Below the pieces are notes generated by a model that was given only the letters and a program-made list of their open reading frames with translations, was not told where the DNA came from and did no database searches. The position numbers were made by a program, and so were the translations under genes. This document shows positions 1 to 12,508 of a DNA stretch of 64,000 nt, in pieces; the first letter of the stretch is position 1, and each line of letters starts with the position of its first letter. The DNA lies in assembly GCF_006345805.1 (NCBI RefSeq), contig NC_043019.1:930001-994000 (forward strand), written 5' to 3'. The DNA is from Octopus sinensis. Taxonomy: Eukaryota.

Positions 1-560
1 GAATACATGAGGGCAGGCAACATTATCAGGATAGATATTAACCATATACATACGGTTATAATAAATGCTACCTTTGGTGTTCTGAGTGACATGGATTTTA
101 TTGGATGACAAACAGCAAAGTATCTATCAGCGCTCATAACTGTCAACGTAAAGACCCCAGTAAAAGAATTTATGGATACTAAAAGATAATAGAATTTACA
201 CATAAAGAATCCAAACATCCAAAATCCATTCTTAATTGTAACAATGAGTAAAGGAATACTGACTAAGAAGAGAACGTCAGCAATTGCAAGATTCAAGATA
301 TAGGTATTGGTAACAGTTTTCATTTTCGAGAACATCGTAACAACGTATATTACCAAACAATTGCCAAACAGTCCTGTAATACAGATCAGGGAGTTACTGA
401 TCATTACGGTTATATTAACAATTTCCATGAATACTCTTCTAATACTGTGTTCTGTGGCGTTTGAAAGAGAATTGTTCATGTCAGCGTATGTGTCGTTGAA
501 ATTCTCACCGAACAGGCTTTGTTCCGTGACGTGAACAGTCTCATTAAATAACGGTTCCAT
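1..560 (-). CDS. AstC-R: Class A neuropeptide GPCR, allatostatin-C / somatostatin receptor-like; N-terminus to TM4, continues beyond the left edge
   Basis: Manual minus-strand translation from ATG 560-558 is open for 186 codons: MEPLFNETVHVTEQSLFGENFNDTYADMNNSLSNATEHSIRRVFMEIVNITVMISNSLICITGLFGNCLVIYVVTMFSKMKTVTNTYILNLAIADVLFLVSIPLLIVTIKNGFWMFGFFMCKFYYLLVSINSFTGVFTLTVMSADRYFAVCHPIKSMSLRTPKVAFIITVCIWLISILIMLPALMY. It has TM1 GN, TM2 NLAIAD, W-x-FG-x-x-x-C, DRY and TM4 W/P motifs and five N-glycosylation sequons. GNxLVIYVV..FSKMxTVTNxYILNLA and MSADRY.AVCHPI are typical of AstC/SST receptors. GPCR call is very secure; the subfamily symbol is less so. Confidence 0.93.
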   Translation of the reverse strand, partial: MEPLFNETVHVTEQSLFGENFNDTYADMNNSLSNATEHSIRRVFMEIVNITVMISNSLICITGLFGNCLVIYVVTMFSKMKTVTNTYILNLAIADVLFLVSIPLLIVTIKNGFWMFGFFMCKFYYLLVSINSFTGVFTLTVMSADRYFAVCHPIKSMSLRTPKVAFIITVCIWLISILIMLPALMY

Positions 561-583
561 GTTGATATCTTATAGGAATATGT

Positions 584-607
584 CTTTGAAAAAAAAATAA
601 ACAAAAC
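584..607 (-). other. Candidate 3' splice acceptor for a 5'-UTR intron of the GPCR
   Basis: Minus strand reads ttttgtttatttttttttcaaAG|acatattcc, 23 nt upstream of the ATG. AAG is a weaker acceptor than YAG; no transcript evidence. Confidence 0.35.
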
Positions 608-1201
608 AGACTTGGTCAATAAACGTATATTTTTTTTTAAAATCTGAAGACGATGTATTTTATATATATATAAGTCTTATTTTGGCGTTTCGGGATAATC
701 GAATTTCTTTCAATTAATCATTTTTATTTCCCTTGCTGTTGTCATTTTATTTGGTAACATTGAAATATCAGTTGTAAAATATTGTTATTCGATATATATG
801 GTGTCATGTGCACGATCCTTTGAAATCAATACGAATATGTGTTTTATCCGTAAATATTTTCGATTTCGACTATTCGCCGAATTTTAGCTGTTTCTGCGTT
901 CTTCAGGGTGGATTAGAGGTTCTTTCAGTTACATTTCAACAACCTTTGAAAAAAAGAAAGAAAAAGAAAAACATAATTAGTTTTAATATCCATAATTTTT
1001 ATAATAAAATTATTTTTAAAAACATGTTCAATTTAGAAATAAAAAATATTTCATTGGCAAATTTCTCCCATTCTCTCTCACTTTTTTTTCTTCACCATCA
1101 TTATCACGACGACGACCATATTATCATCATCGACAGAATCATCATCGGCTTAATCGTCGTCGTTATTATCGTCGTCCTCTCCTGTTGATCCTCATTACTG
1201 T

Positions 1202-1584
1202 GTGGAAGCACTCCGTCGGTTACCACGACGAGGGTTCCGGTTGATCCGATCAACGAAACAGCCTGCTCGTGAAATTAACGTGTAAGTGGCTGAGCACTCC
1301 ACAGACACGTGTGCCCTTAACGTAGTTCTCGGGGATATTCAGCGTGACACAGAGAGTGACAAGGCCGGTCCTTTGAAATACAGGTACAACAGAAACAGGA
1401 AGTAAGAGTGAGAGAAAGTTGTGGTGAAAGAGTACAGCAGGGATCACCACCATCTCTGTCGGAGCGTCGTGGAGCTTTAGGTGTTTTCGCTCAATAAACA
1501 CTCACAACGCCCGGTCTGGGAATCGAAACCGCGATCCTACGACCGCGAGTCCGCTGCCCTAACCACTGGGCCATTGCGCCTCCA
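1202..1584 (-). mobile_element. tRNA-derived SINE family B, full length
   Basis: tRNA-like head GGAGGCGCAATGGCCCAGTGGTTAGGGCAGCGG...GGTTTCGATTCC; near-identical to 43428-43806; 11-bp TSD ctcattactgt at 1191-1201 and 1585-1595. Confidence 0.88.
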
Positions 1585-1683
1585 CTCATTACTGTAAATG
1601 GAAGAACATAGAGCATACACACATAGACACACAGTCATATAGGGGCGTATGTCCTTTACTGCCTCTATATATATATTTTTCAA

Positions 1684-1914
1684 GGCGGCGAGCTGGCAGA
1701 AACGTTAGCACGCCGGGAGAAATGCGTAGCCGTAGTTCGTCTGACGATACGTTCTGGGTTCAAATTCCGACGAAGTCGACTTTGCCTTTCATTCTTTCGG
1801 GGTCGATTAATTAAGTACCAGCTACGCACTGGGGTCGATGTAATCGACTTAATCCCTTTGTCTTTCCTTGTTTGTCCCCTCCGTGTTTAGCCCCTTGTGG
1901 GTAGTAAAGAAATA
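1684..1914 (+). mobile_element. tRNA-derived SINE family A monomer (central domain resembles the Meta/MESC SINE domain)
   Basis: A-box-like TGGCAGAAACGTTAG, B-box GTTCAAATTCC, central GACTTTGCCTTTCATyCTTTCGGGGTCGAT, tail GTAAAGAAATA; many copies in the window. The Meta/MESC label is from memory. Confidence 0.85.
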
Positions 1915-2092
1915 TATATGATATCAGTCTCCATATTATGTCATTCAGTTTTACACAAATTGAAATTCCGTAGCTGTGTTAGGCGTAACACACAACCAAC
2001 ATAAAACAGTTTCAATATAGTAACACGGCCATCCAGTCAAATATACCGCTGCGAATGAAGAAGCTTTTATTTCAAGCAACAGTAGTAATAAT

Positions 2093-2478
2093 GATGGCAT
2101 TCCGTCGGTTACGACGACGAGGGATCCAGTTGATGCGATCAACGGAACAGGCTGCTCGTGAAATTAACGTCTAAGTGGCTGAGCACTCCACAGACACGTG
2201 TACCCTTAACGTAGTTCTCGAGGGGATTCAGTGTGACACAGTGTGTGACAAGGCTGGCACCTTTGAAATACAGGTACAACAGAAACAGGAAGAAAGAGTG
2301 AGAGAAAGTTGTGGGGAAAGAGTACAGCAGGGATCACCACCATCCCCTTCCGGATCCTCGTAGAACTTTAGGTGTTTTCGCTCAATAAACACTCACAACG
2401 CCCAGTCTTGGAATCGAAACCGCGATCCTATGACCGCGAGTCCGCTGCCCTAAACACTGGGCCATTGTGCCTCCACAC
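2093..2478 (-). mobile_element. SINE family B, full length
   Basis: Same sequence as 1202-1584; 10-bp TSD tagtaataat at 2083-2092 and 2479-2488. Confidence 0.85.
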
Positions 2479-2603
2479 TAGTAATAATACACCACAAACA
2501 AAATGATAGACTGCTGAGGAATAGTATAAGAAATTATAACAAGGACATCGTAAGTAACTATAAACATCAAGATAACGTGAAACAATTCTTTTAGGAATAT
2601 CAC

Positions 2604-2909
2604 GTTGCGCAATGTCTCAATGGTTAGGGCAGCGGACTCGCGGTCGGAAGATCGCGGTTTCGATTCCCAGACCGGGTGCTGTGTATGTTTATTGAGCGAA
2701 TACACCTAAAAGCTCCACGAAGCTCCGGCAGCAGATGGTGGTGACCCCTGTTGTACCCTTTCGCCCCAACTTTCTCTCACTCTTTCTTCCTGTTTCTTGA
2801 GTAACGCTGTGATGGACTGGTGTCCTGTCCAGCTGGGGGAGGGGGACACATACGCTACAGAAACCAGGAAACCGGGCCCATGATCCTGGCTAGGCTTGAA
2901 AAGGGCGCA
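2604..2909 (+). mobile_element. SINE family B variant with an alternative 3' tail
   Basis: Shares head and body with family B, then ends AAACCGGGCCCATGA..CCTGGCTAGGCTTGAAAAGGGCGCA. Confidence 0.75.
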
Positions 2910-3452
2910 GAAGAAATGTTGGTTTGAAAAAAAAAACCTTTTGAGTAGCTAAATTCGAAGGCTACCTGTACGATTCATACCCCTATATCCCGCAACCCCA
3001 AATTTAAACGCTACTACTTAATGCCCTCTTTGCTTCGACATCTACTCTTCCTCCTCCTCTCCAAACAAAAAAGAGAACTATTCACGTTCTCTCGGATTTT
3101 ATAATTCTAATCACGTTAACAACACGCGACAATCTCTGTTAGTATAATGGTTCTAAAATGACTAAAAACAACAATTGTAGTATTGCATTAGTCCAGTGGT
3201 AAAGCGCCAATTATGTTTACACGATATGTGGCTTCGTGTACCCCCACGGGTATACGTCTAGCAAAGCAATACTTCGTTTATTCCAGCAACCGAGAGGTGA
3301 ATCATCAGCAACGAAAAAATTGTATAGAAAAAGTGAAAAAAAAATTCAGTAAAAGGTAATTTATGATATACGTACTGGGATTCATATTTTACGACCGAGC
3401 AAAATCGATTAAGACAATCAGATATGAACAAAGTTGACCTTTTTTACTTTCG

Positions 3453-3498
3453 AATATATATATATATATATATATATATAAGTATGTATGTATGTATG

Positions 3499-3581
<83 letters not shown>

Positions 3582-3600
3582 CATATACATATATATATAC

Positions 3601-3632
<32 letters not shown>

Positions 3633-3652
3633 GTATATACATATATACATAT
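3453..3652. repeat. (TA)n / (TATG)n microsatellite
   Basis: Directly visible; source of the YI-repeat ORFs. Confidence 0.95.
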
Positions 3653-4309
3653 AAAAATTAACTTAATGCAGTAAGATATTTTGCCAAGCTGGAAATTACA
3701 GTTCTTCATTTCGGCTTTACATTATACAGACAATACAACCGCTGAGATCGATTAAACCTGATTTATCCTTTTCTAATTTTTGTGACCGGGAGCTATCTAG
3801 GAGATGATTAGTGACAGCGTTGCAAAACGTATTAAAACTTCTTTGTTGTCTTTATCCATCTGAAATTTTATCCGACACACCGCCAATACTTCACCGTTAC
3901 GGCCCCGTTTTTCTGTTTTAAATGCCGTCTCTTGTTACAATTCTTTTCAAGGCTATGCCAAATTTTAACCACTGCCAAGAATTTCTACTCATTTTCCTGT
4001 CATGCTACATTTATCCCTTTTTTCCGACCACACTACCAATCCTTCGTATTCTCTAGCCCAAAGATTTATGGTTGCTGCCATCTGCTGTCACTATTTTGCT
4101 TTCCAATTTTCTCACCCAGAAAAAATTACGTAATGGTTTTTACGCTAATAATAAATAACACCATTAGTGTTTACTACCAGTTTTTTTTTAATTTGAAACA
4201 AAATTACTGAAGGAGGGAGAATAACTAGCGGGAGAAGAGAAAAAAGTAAATAACTGAATATTATTTAAAAAAAAATTTTTTGAGCTGTAAATAAATTGGA
4301 AATAAAATC

Positions 4310-4530
4310 TTTTATCTTCTACTTGTTTCCGTCATTTGACTGCGACCATGCTGGGACACAGACTTTATTTTTTTCCTTTATTTGAAGCCTGATACTTATT
4401 CTATCGAAATCTTTTGCCGAACCGCTAACTTACGGCCAGTTGTCAAGTAGAGGTGGGGGGACAAACCCAGACACAAAGACTTACACACACACGTACATAT
4501 ATACATATACATACATACATTTATAATATG
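4310..4530 (-). mobile_element. SINE family C, 3' part
   Basis: gtttccgtcatttgactgcgaccatgctgg...ttttgccgaaccgctaa matches the 3' half of family C. Confidence 0.6.
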
Positions 4531-5762
4531 GCCCACTAGGAAAAACATCCCTGGTCTAGTGGATTATATCGATCTCAGTGATTGACTGGTACATATTTAA
4601 TCGACCCCAAAAAGATGAAACAAATTTCGACTTTGGTGGCATTTCAACTCAGAACGTGAAGACGGACGGAATGCCGCTCATTTCTTTTGTCCAGCGTGCT
4701 AACGATTCTGCAAGCTCACCGCCTTTATCTACTAAATCATTATTGGGAACACTGCAAAGTCAGCACAAGTTCGTTGTCGCCTTTATCCATTTGAAATTTT
4801 TTCTGCACCAATAGTTTTTCTCGTGATTACATGCTACGATTTCCTTGGAAACCTTTGCATGTATTGCTAGCTTCCTTGGAATTTAACTTTAAGCTTATTA
4901 TTTCATGGATTAATAATTTTTATCTAATCTCTTACAGATTTTGCACCATAAAGTTTTATTTTTACACTACACAAGATTTGCTCTCAGCTCTTTTGCAGTC
5001 CGATTATTAGATTCTACCAAATTCTTTTTTCATTCATGTTGATAATTCCATAACTGAATATTATTTCATCTCTAACTCTGTCTCATCAATATTCTGTCAC
5101 ACTTTTATTATGACATTCTTTCCTTAGCACTTTCGTTTAAATACATCTATTCTTAATCCTTTAACCCATTTATATTAACCATACAGCATACGTATCAACG
5201 ACCAGGGTGGAGCTCTATGTTCTCACTCGACATTCTAGAAATTATCTCCAAGTTTCTCCTTCAAGTTACAATTTCCAGTCTATAATATAATATTAGCAAG
5301 AAATAATATTTCTACAGAGAAATAGATTATTTTAACACAAATATGTCTATTATAAAATTCAATATCATGCAATGTTCATTGAAGTAAACGAAGATACCAA
5401 CATCGATTCGTCTGCTGGCATTGCTAGCGAGAACCAAATTTTAAAAATGAGTCGACAAATACGTAAAAGATGATGCGGAAAAAAGGTACCAAAATAATTC
5501 TATTTTTACCTGTGAAATTTACTAGGGAGTCATTGAAAGATACAGTCACCCTACTCTGTCTTTGTATGGCAGAAAATCAATAAAACACACATTTAATGAT
5601 ACGCTCATGAAATTGTTTATACTATTTATACCTGTTTATACTATCTATACTTATACTATTTTTGTGATGTATTAATGTAATTATTAATCACATTTTTTTA
5701 ATTGAGTCTTATCAATCCGTATTATTATCAACTTCGTCCTCAAGGCTTCTTCCTATGCGGTT

Positions 5763-5993
5763 GACGGCGAGCTGGCAGAATCGTTAGCACGCCGGGCGAA
5801 ATGCTTAACGGTATTTAGATTGCCGCAACGTTCTGAGTTCAAATTCCGCCGAGGTCGACTTTGCCTTTCATCCTTTCGGGATCGATTAAATAAGTACCAG
5901 TTACGCACTGGGGTCGATACAATCGACTTAATCCGTTTGTATGTCCTTGTTTGTCCCCTCTATGTTTAGCCCCTTGTGGGCAATAAAGAAATA
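5763..5993 (+). mobile_element. SINE family A monomer
   Basis: Full head-to-tail match to the family A consensus. Confidence 0.85.
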
Positions 5994-6280
5994 GGTTATA
6001 ATTAGCCATTCAGTTTCATGTTCCAAGATCCAGTTTCTTAACCACAGCCACAGATCATACATCCAATATCTGCCATTTATTGCACGTTTATTATAGTCTT
6101 TTGTGACCGATATATCGACTAGGAGGCAACGTACTCTACGTTGAACCTTCAGGATAATATCTGCTGAATTAACCTTAATCTTCTGTGTGAATATTGGCTC
6201 ATCTCAGATTATAGCCACTTTGACATTCTCGAAGCATTTTTTCTTCTGTATACTGAAGCCAGTTCTCTTATATACGTTCA

Positions 6281-6444
6281 TCACGACCACGACCACCACC
6301 ACGACAACCACCACGACCCCCACCCCCCACCACGACCACCACCAACAACAAAAACAACATCAAGACCACCAGCACCATCCTTATCATCATTATAATCATC
6401 ATCATAATCATCATCGTTTTCATTATAATCCCTCCACATCTTCC

Positions 6445-6482
<38 letters not shown>
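6281..6482. repeat. Compound trinucleotide microsatellite (CAC/CAA/CAT, then TTA)
   Basis: Directly visible; the (TTA)n part is also the LINE tail. Confidence 0.9.
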
Positions 6483-6484
<2 letters not shown>

Positions 6485-7640
6485 TATACACACAACAGAT
6501 TAGACTGTTGGAAAAGAAAAAAAACAAGTAATCGCAGATGCCAAGAACCCTCCTAAGTGTCCTAGCTGTCCCTAAAAACACTGTTTTCTGGAGCTGTACT
6601 GAATTGGGTTTTATGACTATTTCCTCTATCCATCTGTTCAAATCTTTATACCTATTTCCTCTATTCATCCTTTCAAATACATCTGTTCAACTGTTTAGTT
6701 CCTAATGCAACTATAACTATCGGTATACATTTTACCACCACTTTCCATAGTCTCTGTAATTCAGTGTCTAGGTCCTGGTACTTTGCCATTTCTTCTATGC
6801 CCCTCATATTGGTTTGCTTCATCATTTGGGACTGAAAAGTCAATTATCTTGCCCTTTCTATTCTCTTTATCTACTACTATTAAGTCGGGTCTTCTGGTTT
6901 CTAATACTCTGTCAGTCTGAATGTTTAAGACACACGTCATCTTATGTTTTTTCAGTACCTACTAGGTTCATGCTCGTACCATTTATCAATATGTTCAAAT
7001 CCTGGCTTTCAACATGGCTACAAGTAAATTACTCTCCTTGGGTTGTCATGTCTTTTCTTGTATTCTTTCTGTGTCAGCATGCTATATTTACTTAATATAT
7101 GAGTAACGCTTTCCTGTTTTAATGTGCATAACCTACATACTTGTTTCTTTGTCTATCTTGGCTTTTATCCAATTAGTCCTTAAAGTTTGATCTTGTGCTG
7201 CTACTAACACACTTTCTGTCTCCTTTTTCAACCTTCCTTTCTGCAACCGTAACCAATGTCTCACTACTACAATTTGCTGCAACAATCGTTGGGAATCTAT
7301 CATGCAGCGCCTTCTCCTACCAGTCGGATAACTTTTGTTCTTATTTCCCGTTACTAAATTTGTTTCATTGTTTTTGCTTCCCTGTGTCTTGCTGTAATTC
7401 TAGCAGCTTTTTATAACTTTCTTCACTATTACCTACACAGGAATCTATATCTACTCCAGCTACCTCCATGCAGTCTTCTCCTGAGATTAACCCTCTTCCG
7501 GCTTCCTTTCTAGGTAAGTATAATCATGTCACTCCTGCCTTTGGGTGAAGTCTTCCATTCATATTGAATTCCTTCCTAGTCATTCTGTCTAGCTTTGCTA
7601 ATTCAGTTTTTGTACTATCTGCAAAAGCTATTCAATAAAA
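6445..7640 (-). mobile_element. Decayed, 5'-truncated non-LTR retrotransposon with restriction-like endonuclease (R4/Dong-like)
   Basis: Minus-strand remnants with stops and frameshifts: LDRMTRKEFNMNGRLHPKAGVT*LYLPRKEAGRGL, KKETESVLVAAQDQTLRTNWIKAKID, RPDLIVVDKENRKGKIIDFSVP (PD-(D/E)xK), LQKTVFLGTARTLRRVLG; ends in an (AAT)n tail. Confidence 0.85.
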
Positions 7641-9651
7641 ATTGTTTAAGGATGTTGAATGAAACACCCATGTTTCCAGAGTTGAGTTATTCAAATCCCC
7701 AAAGAATTCCTCTCAATACATGTGTATGATACTCCCCCAACTACTTCTGCTGGTGATCAGAGATGCACATACTGTCAGCCACAAAAGGACATGCTATACT
7801 GGTTAAGATCAAACAACTGACATGCAAATCTGTGGTATTAAGCAGAAAATTTGCTACACCAAGGCAAAATATTTACGCGATAACACATCAAATCAGTTAC
7901 GATTTGAAGCATTTATAGCCACTGTTGTTTGGTAGAATCGTTAGTACATCGAGCGGAATGCTTAGCAGCATATCGTATGTCTCTTTAGGTTTTAAGTTCA
8001 GATATTTTCAAGGTCGGTGTTGGCTTTCATCTTCCTGGTTCGCGAAGTATCAGTTAAGATTAGGGGTTGACGTAATTGACTAACAATCTGCTACTCTCCC
8101 ACCCACCCACCACAAAAACATTCAGGCCTTGTGCCAAAATTTGAAGACTGCTGGTCTTCCGTAAACACAACTCTAGATTGTGCGTTCGCTGGTGAGGCGG
8201 CTTTCGCCCAGACTTGTACTCCGGAGGGAACCTCTTAGGTGCATCCATGGTCATTCGTGACCGTTAGAGTCAATATATGTATATTGACCTTAACCTTATA
8301 TGTTTAATTATCCCCGCTTAGCGCACTACCCCCGTAATATGTATGCAGGTATATCGATACAAACACGATGCAATGGTTAAATTTCCGTCATTCTACAATT
8401 TTAATCTCCTGCATGCGTATTCTCTTGCTCGTTTTTGATTTGTCGACTACACAGTATGGTTGGGTCAGTTGGGTACCGTTTGTGAGAAAAACAGCATCAT
8501 GATGCAATTCACTCAGCCAGAAATTTGAAAGGATTATTATTATTCTAGTTGTATAAAATATGTTGGTTTCAACTTTTCGTGTCAAGGCTAAGAACTTTGG
8601 GACGTGGGGAGGTAAGTCGATTACTTGAAACCCTGTGTTCAACTGCCTCGTATTTTATTGACAGAGAAAGGATGACAGTCAAATGTCGATCTCGGCATAA
8701 TTTGAACTCAAAATATAAAACCGGTCGAAAAGCCGCTGAACGTTTTGCCCGCTGTGCTAGCGACTCTGCCGCCATAATAGTCTTAAATATATTGCCTGCT
8801 TACACTCTGCAACCCATTTTAACTCTGTACCTTAAGTACATTCAGTGATTTTTTGTTGCGCTTGGCATTTTTTTTTTTCTGCTATCAATTTTATGGGAAA
8901 TTCTATAGCAGCGTTGTCCAACATTCTACGGATCCAAGCAATCCACTGTTACTTGAAAGAAAAAAGTAATCAAATGGAAAATAATAGAAAATATAATTAT
9001 GGAACGAGGAAAAAAGTTGCTAAACATACAGCTAAAAATAACCCTATTCTTCAAACGATAATTGAGCTATTATGGATAATTTGGGAAAAGATAGCAGCAA
9101 AAACATCATAGGACAACTTAGAAATAATTATACAGAACTAGCAGTTATCTACAAATAAAACAGATATATCTTCAAACCTCACATATAGTAACATCCACAT
9201 TCTCAAATATGGCAACACATTCTGTCGTATACCGGAACATAGCAAATTCCAAAACAATTTCTATCTCGGTTCTGAAATGGCTTGTGCTCAATTTTTGAAT
9301 AACAGCAATTAATTATGGAAAACATACAAAAGTTTACTGAAATATTACATAAAGAAGTGAGTAAAAGAACATTTGAAAGACTACGTGTACATAAAATGGA
9401 AATGAAAACGCTGCAAATGTGAATACGGTAACGTTTTTATGGAGATGAAAAAAATCCACTTCGTAATGCATAATTTATTAAGAAATAAAAGGTACCAAAA
9501 TATTAAACAAATCTTATCGTGTACGAAATTCAGAGATGTTCTTTACGTGCAGCTTAAGTAACAAACAAGTTTTTTTATGTCGTGGTCTGCATTGCGTAGC
9601 TAAGAAATTTAAGAAATATCATCATGAGTATCAAAGTAACTTGTCGAGCTA

Positions 9652-9849
9652 ATATACTTAACAAAAGGAGGCCCAATAGATATACTTAACATAAAGAGTC
9701 CAATCGATATACTTAACATAAAGAGGCCCAATAGATATACTTAATATAAAGTGGCCCAATAGATATACTTAACATAAAGAGGCCCAATAGATATACTTAA
9801 TATAAAGTGGCCCAATAGATATACTTAACATAAAGAGGCCCAGTAGATG
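9652..9849. repeat. 28-bp minisatellite, about 7 copies
   Basis: Unit GAGGCCCAATAGATATACTTAACATAAA repeated head-to-tail without spacers. Confidence 0.9.
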
Positions 9850-10122
9850 AAATTACATCCAAATCTCCGTCAACTCCAACTCTACTGTATTAAATAATGT
9901 AATCAGACTTAAACTATATCGTAGATTTCCCCATAACTATGGAATGACAGTAGCTGGAAGGCCTTTAATATCTTTAATATCTCAAAACGTCACGCAACAT
10001 GCACACACGCGTAAACATCTTGCTAATAATTAACGTCATTCCATATGGCCTGTGGTCTTTTGTGAAAAGGAAGAATACGTAATCACTACCGTCTTGGATT
10101 ATCAAAAGAATATTGTTGTATC

Positions 10123-10561
10123 GGATCTTTTCGGTTTGAACGACAGGTTTTAACATAATTTCTAGGTAACTAAAAAAATTTTAAACTTAGTATACTGGTA
10201 GAATGTGTTTATAAAAAAAAATTTTCTCTTGGATTTATTGAGAAAATTCTATAGTTTGTAAGATATTTATTGTTGTTTTTTTCTTCAATTTCTGCAATTT
10301 CAACCAATCAATGACGTCTATTGAGGTAAAAAAAACATTCTGTGCCGTATGAATATGTCCCTCGTTTAAGAAACAGATTGGGTTTCTTTACATTTGTGAA
10401 GAAAAAAAAGATACCCTTCCACCACCCCTAACCCTAACCCTAACTAACCCTAACCCTAAATGAGATTGAAATGCAATAGATCGATACGAGGGTCATAATT
10501 ATGGGTGACAATTTCATATGACACCACAAGAAAAAAACTGCCGTTCAAACCGAAAAGATCC
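10123..10561. mobile_element. MITE / non-autonomous DNA transposon with ~24-bp TIRs and internal (CCCTAA)n
   Basis: GGATCTTTTCGGTTTGAACGACAG at 10123 and CTGCCGTTCAAACCGAAAAGATCC ending at 10561; no clear TSD. Confidence 0.8.
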
Positions 10562-10845
10562 GCTGTAACTAATGAAAATAGATACAAATATTCTAGCGTT
10601 CCTTATATCAATTCGCTGAAAGTTATTGGTTAGTATTCCATACAGATTGACACGAGGTATAAAGAAGAAACGTACCACTAGCGATGGTTTAAGTTAGCAA
10701 CATCTTTCAATAAAGTTTGAAAATGTCTCTAAATTTAAGTTCTGAGTAATTCCATAAACATTTCGAAAATCTTTTTTTATTCCGGTTGAAGTACTTCACT
10801 TGAAAATGTGCTTCAAACTTATTCAATACAGCAGTGCTTCGGAAT

Positions 10846-10893
10846 ATACATACATACATACATACATACATACATACATACTACATACATACA

Positions 10894-10959
<66 letters not shown>

Positions 10960-11040
10960 TTATATATATATATATATTTATATATATATGTGTGTATTTA
11001 TATATGTATATATATATGTATATTATATATATATACATAT

Positions 11041-11096
<56 letters not shown>

Positions 11097-11186
11097 TATA
11101 TATATAAATATACATATATATATATATATATAAATACATATATATATATATAAATATACATATATATATATAAATATACATATATA

Positions 11187-11225
<39 letters not shown>

Positions 11226-11258
11226 TATATGTGTGTATATATACATGTGTGTGTGTAT
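10846..11258. repeat. (TACA)n then (TA)n microsatellite
   Basis: Directly visible. Confidence 0.95.
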
Positions 11259-11576
11259 AGGTATGTTTAGAAATGTTAGTTTTAGATCATATAGTAACTT
11301 ACCTATTCAAACAGAATTTCTGAATACAAACATAGGATCTATTAATACGATTTTAGTCGATATTATATGACTAGAAATCGAGTAGACTCACCAGCAATCT
11401 ATTGGAGATGTCAAGATCGTTGTCTCTGCGCAGAAAAGGAATTTATTGATACTTCTGCATTTTATTAAATTGAATTCGCCAGACGAATTCGCTGCCTAAT
11501 GAAAGGGAAGAAAAATGTGTCTTAGACGTCGGTTGTAGTTTACGACGAACGACAGACGTCATTGTTTCATTTTCTT

Positions 11577-11614
<38 letters not shown>

Positions 11615-11916
11615 ATACTACTACAACTACTATTACTACAACTACTACTACTACTACTACTACTACTGCTGCTACTACTACTACTACTACTACTACTAAT
11701 AATAATAATAATAATTATAATACAACTCCGATAACTACTACAACTACTACTACTATTACTTCTACTACTACAACTATTACTAAACTAGTACTACTATTAC
11801 TACTACTAAGCTACTACTACTACTAGAGATTGCAATAATACTACTATACTACTATTACTGCTACTACTACTAAGCTGCTGCTATTACTACTACTACTACT
11901 ACTAAACTACTACTAT

Positions 11917-11953
<37 letters not shown>
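11577..11953. repeat. Imperfect (CTA)n microsatellite
   Basis: Directly visible. Confidence 0.95.
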
Positions 11954-11954
<1 letters not shown>

Positions 11955-12158
11955 GTGGTAGTAGTAGAATGACGAATGCTCGCACCTAAAACTGTTAATG
12001 TTTTGCGTCTAATATTTTATGTTAAAAGAATACTTGATTTTCCCCTTACGTGTAATTTCGTCCTTGCGAAAGGGTCATCTGCTTTGGTCCCTGGCCAACC
12101 AAATACATGCATGTGAATTTTGAAAGGAGCCCGTCATACCATACACACAGATACAACC

Positions 12159-12190
<32 letters not shown>

Positions 12191-12508
12191 GCACACACGC
12201 ACGCACATATAGTGAAGGTACATGACTCAGTGGTGAGGATGTGTGTTCGATTACGGGACAAGGCTGTGTGTTGTGTTCTTGAGCAAGACACTTTATTTCA
12301 CATTACTCCAGTTCACCCAACTGTAGGAATGAGTTACGAATTCACTGATGCCAAGATTTATCGGCCTTTGTCTTTCTCAGCCCTGTAAGGTTAGGGTTCA
12401 AACGAAGCTTTTCACGTTACAATTAAAGCCAGGTATGTCTCAGCACCTCTTCGTACATATCTAACCAAAAGATCCCAATTCAATATAATTGTTCCAAATT
12501 TGGCACAA

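Noticed and set aside
307-534. 75-aa plus-strand ORF
   Set aside because: Antisense shadow of the GPCR coding sequence.
9652-9849. Possible CRISPR array (28-bp repeats)
   Set aside because: No spacers, eukaryotic context, no cas genes.
10426-10459. Telomere or fusion scar
   Set aside because: Only about five CCCTAA units, inside a TIR-bounded element.
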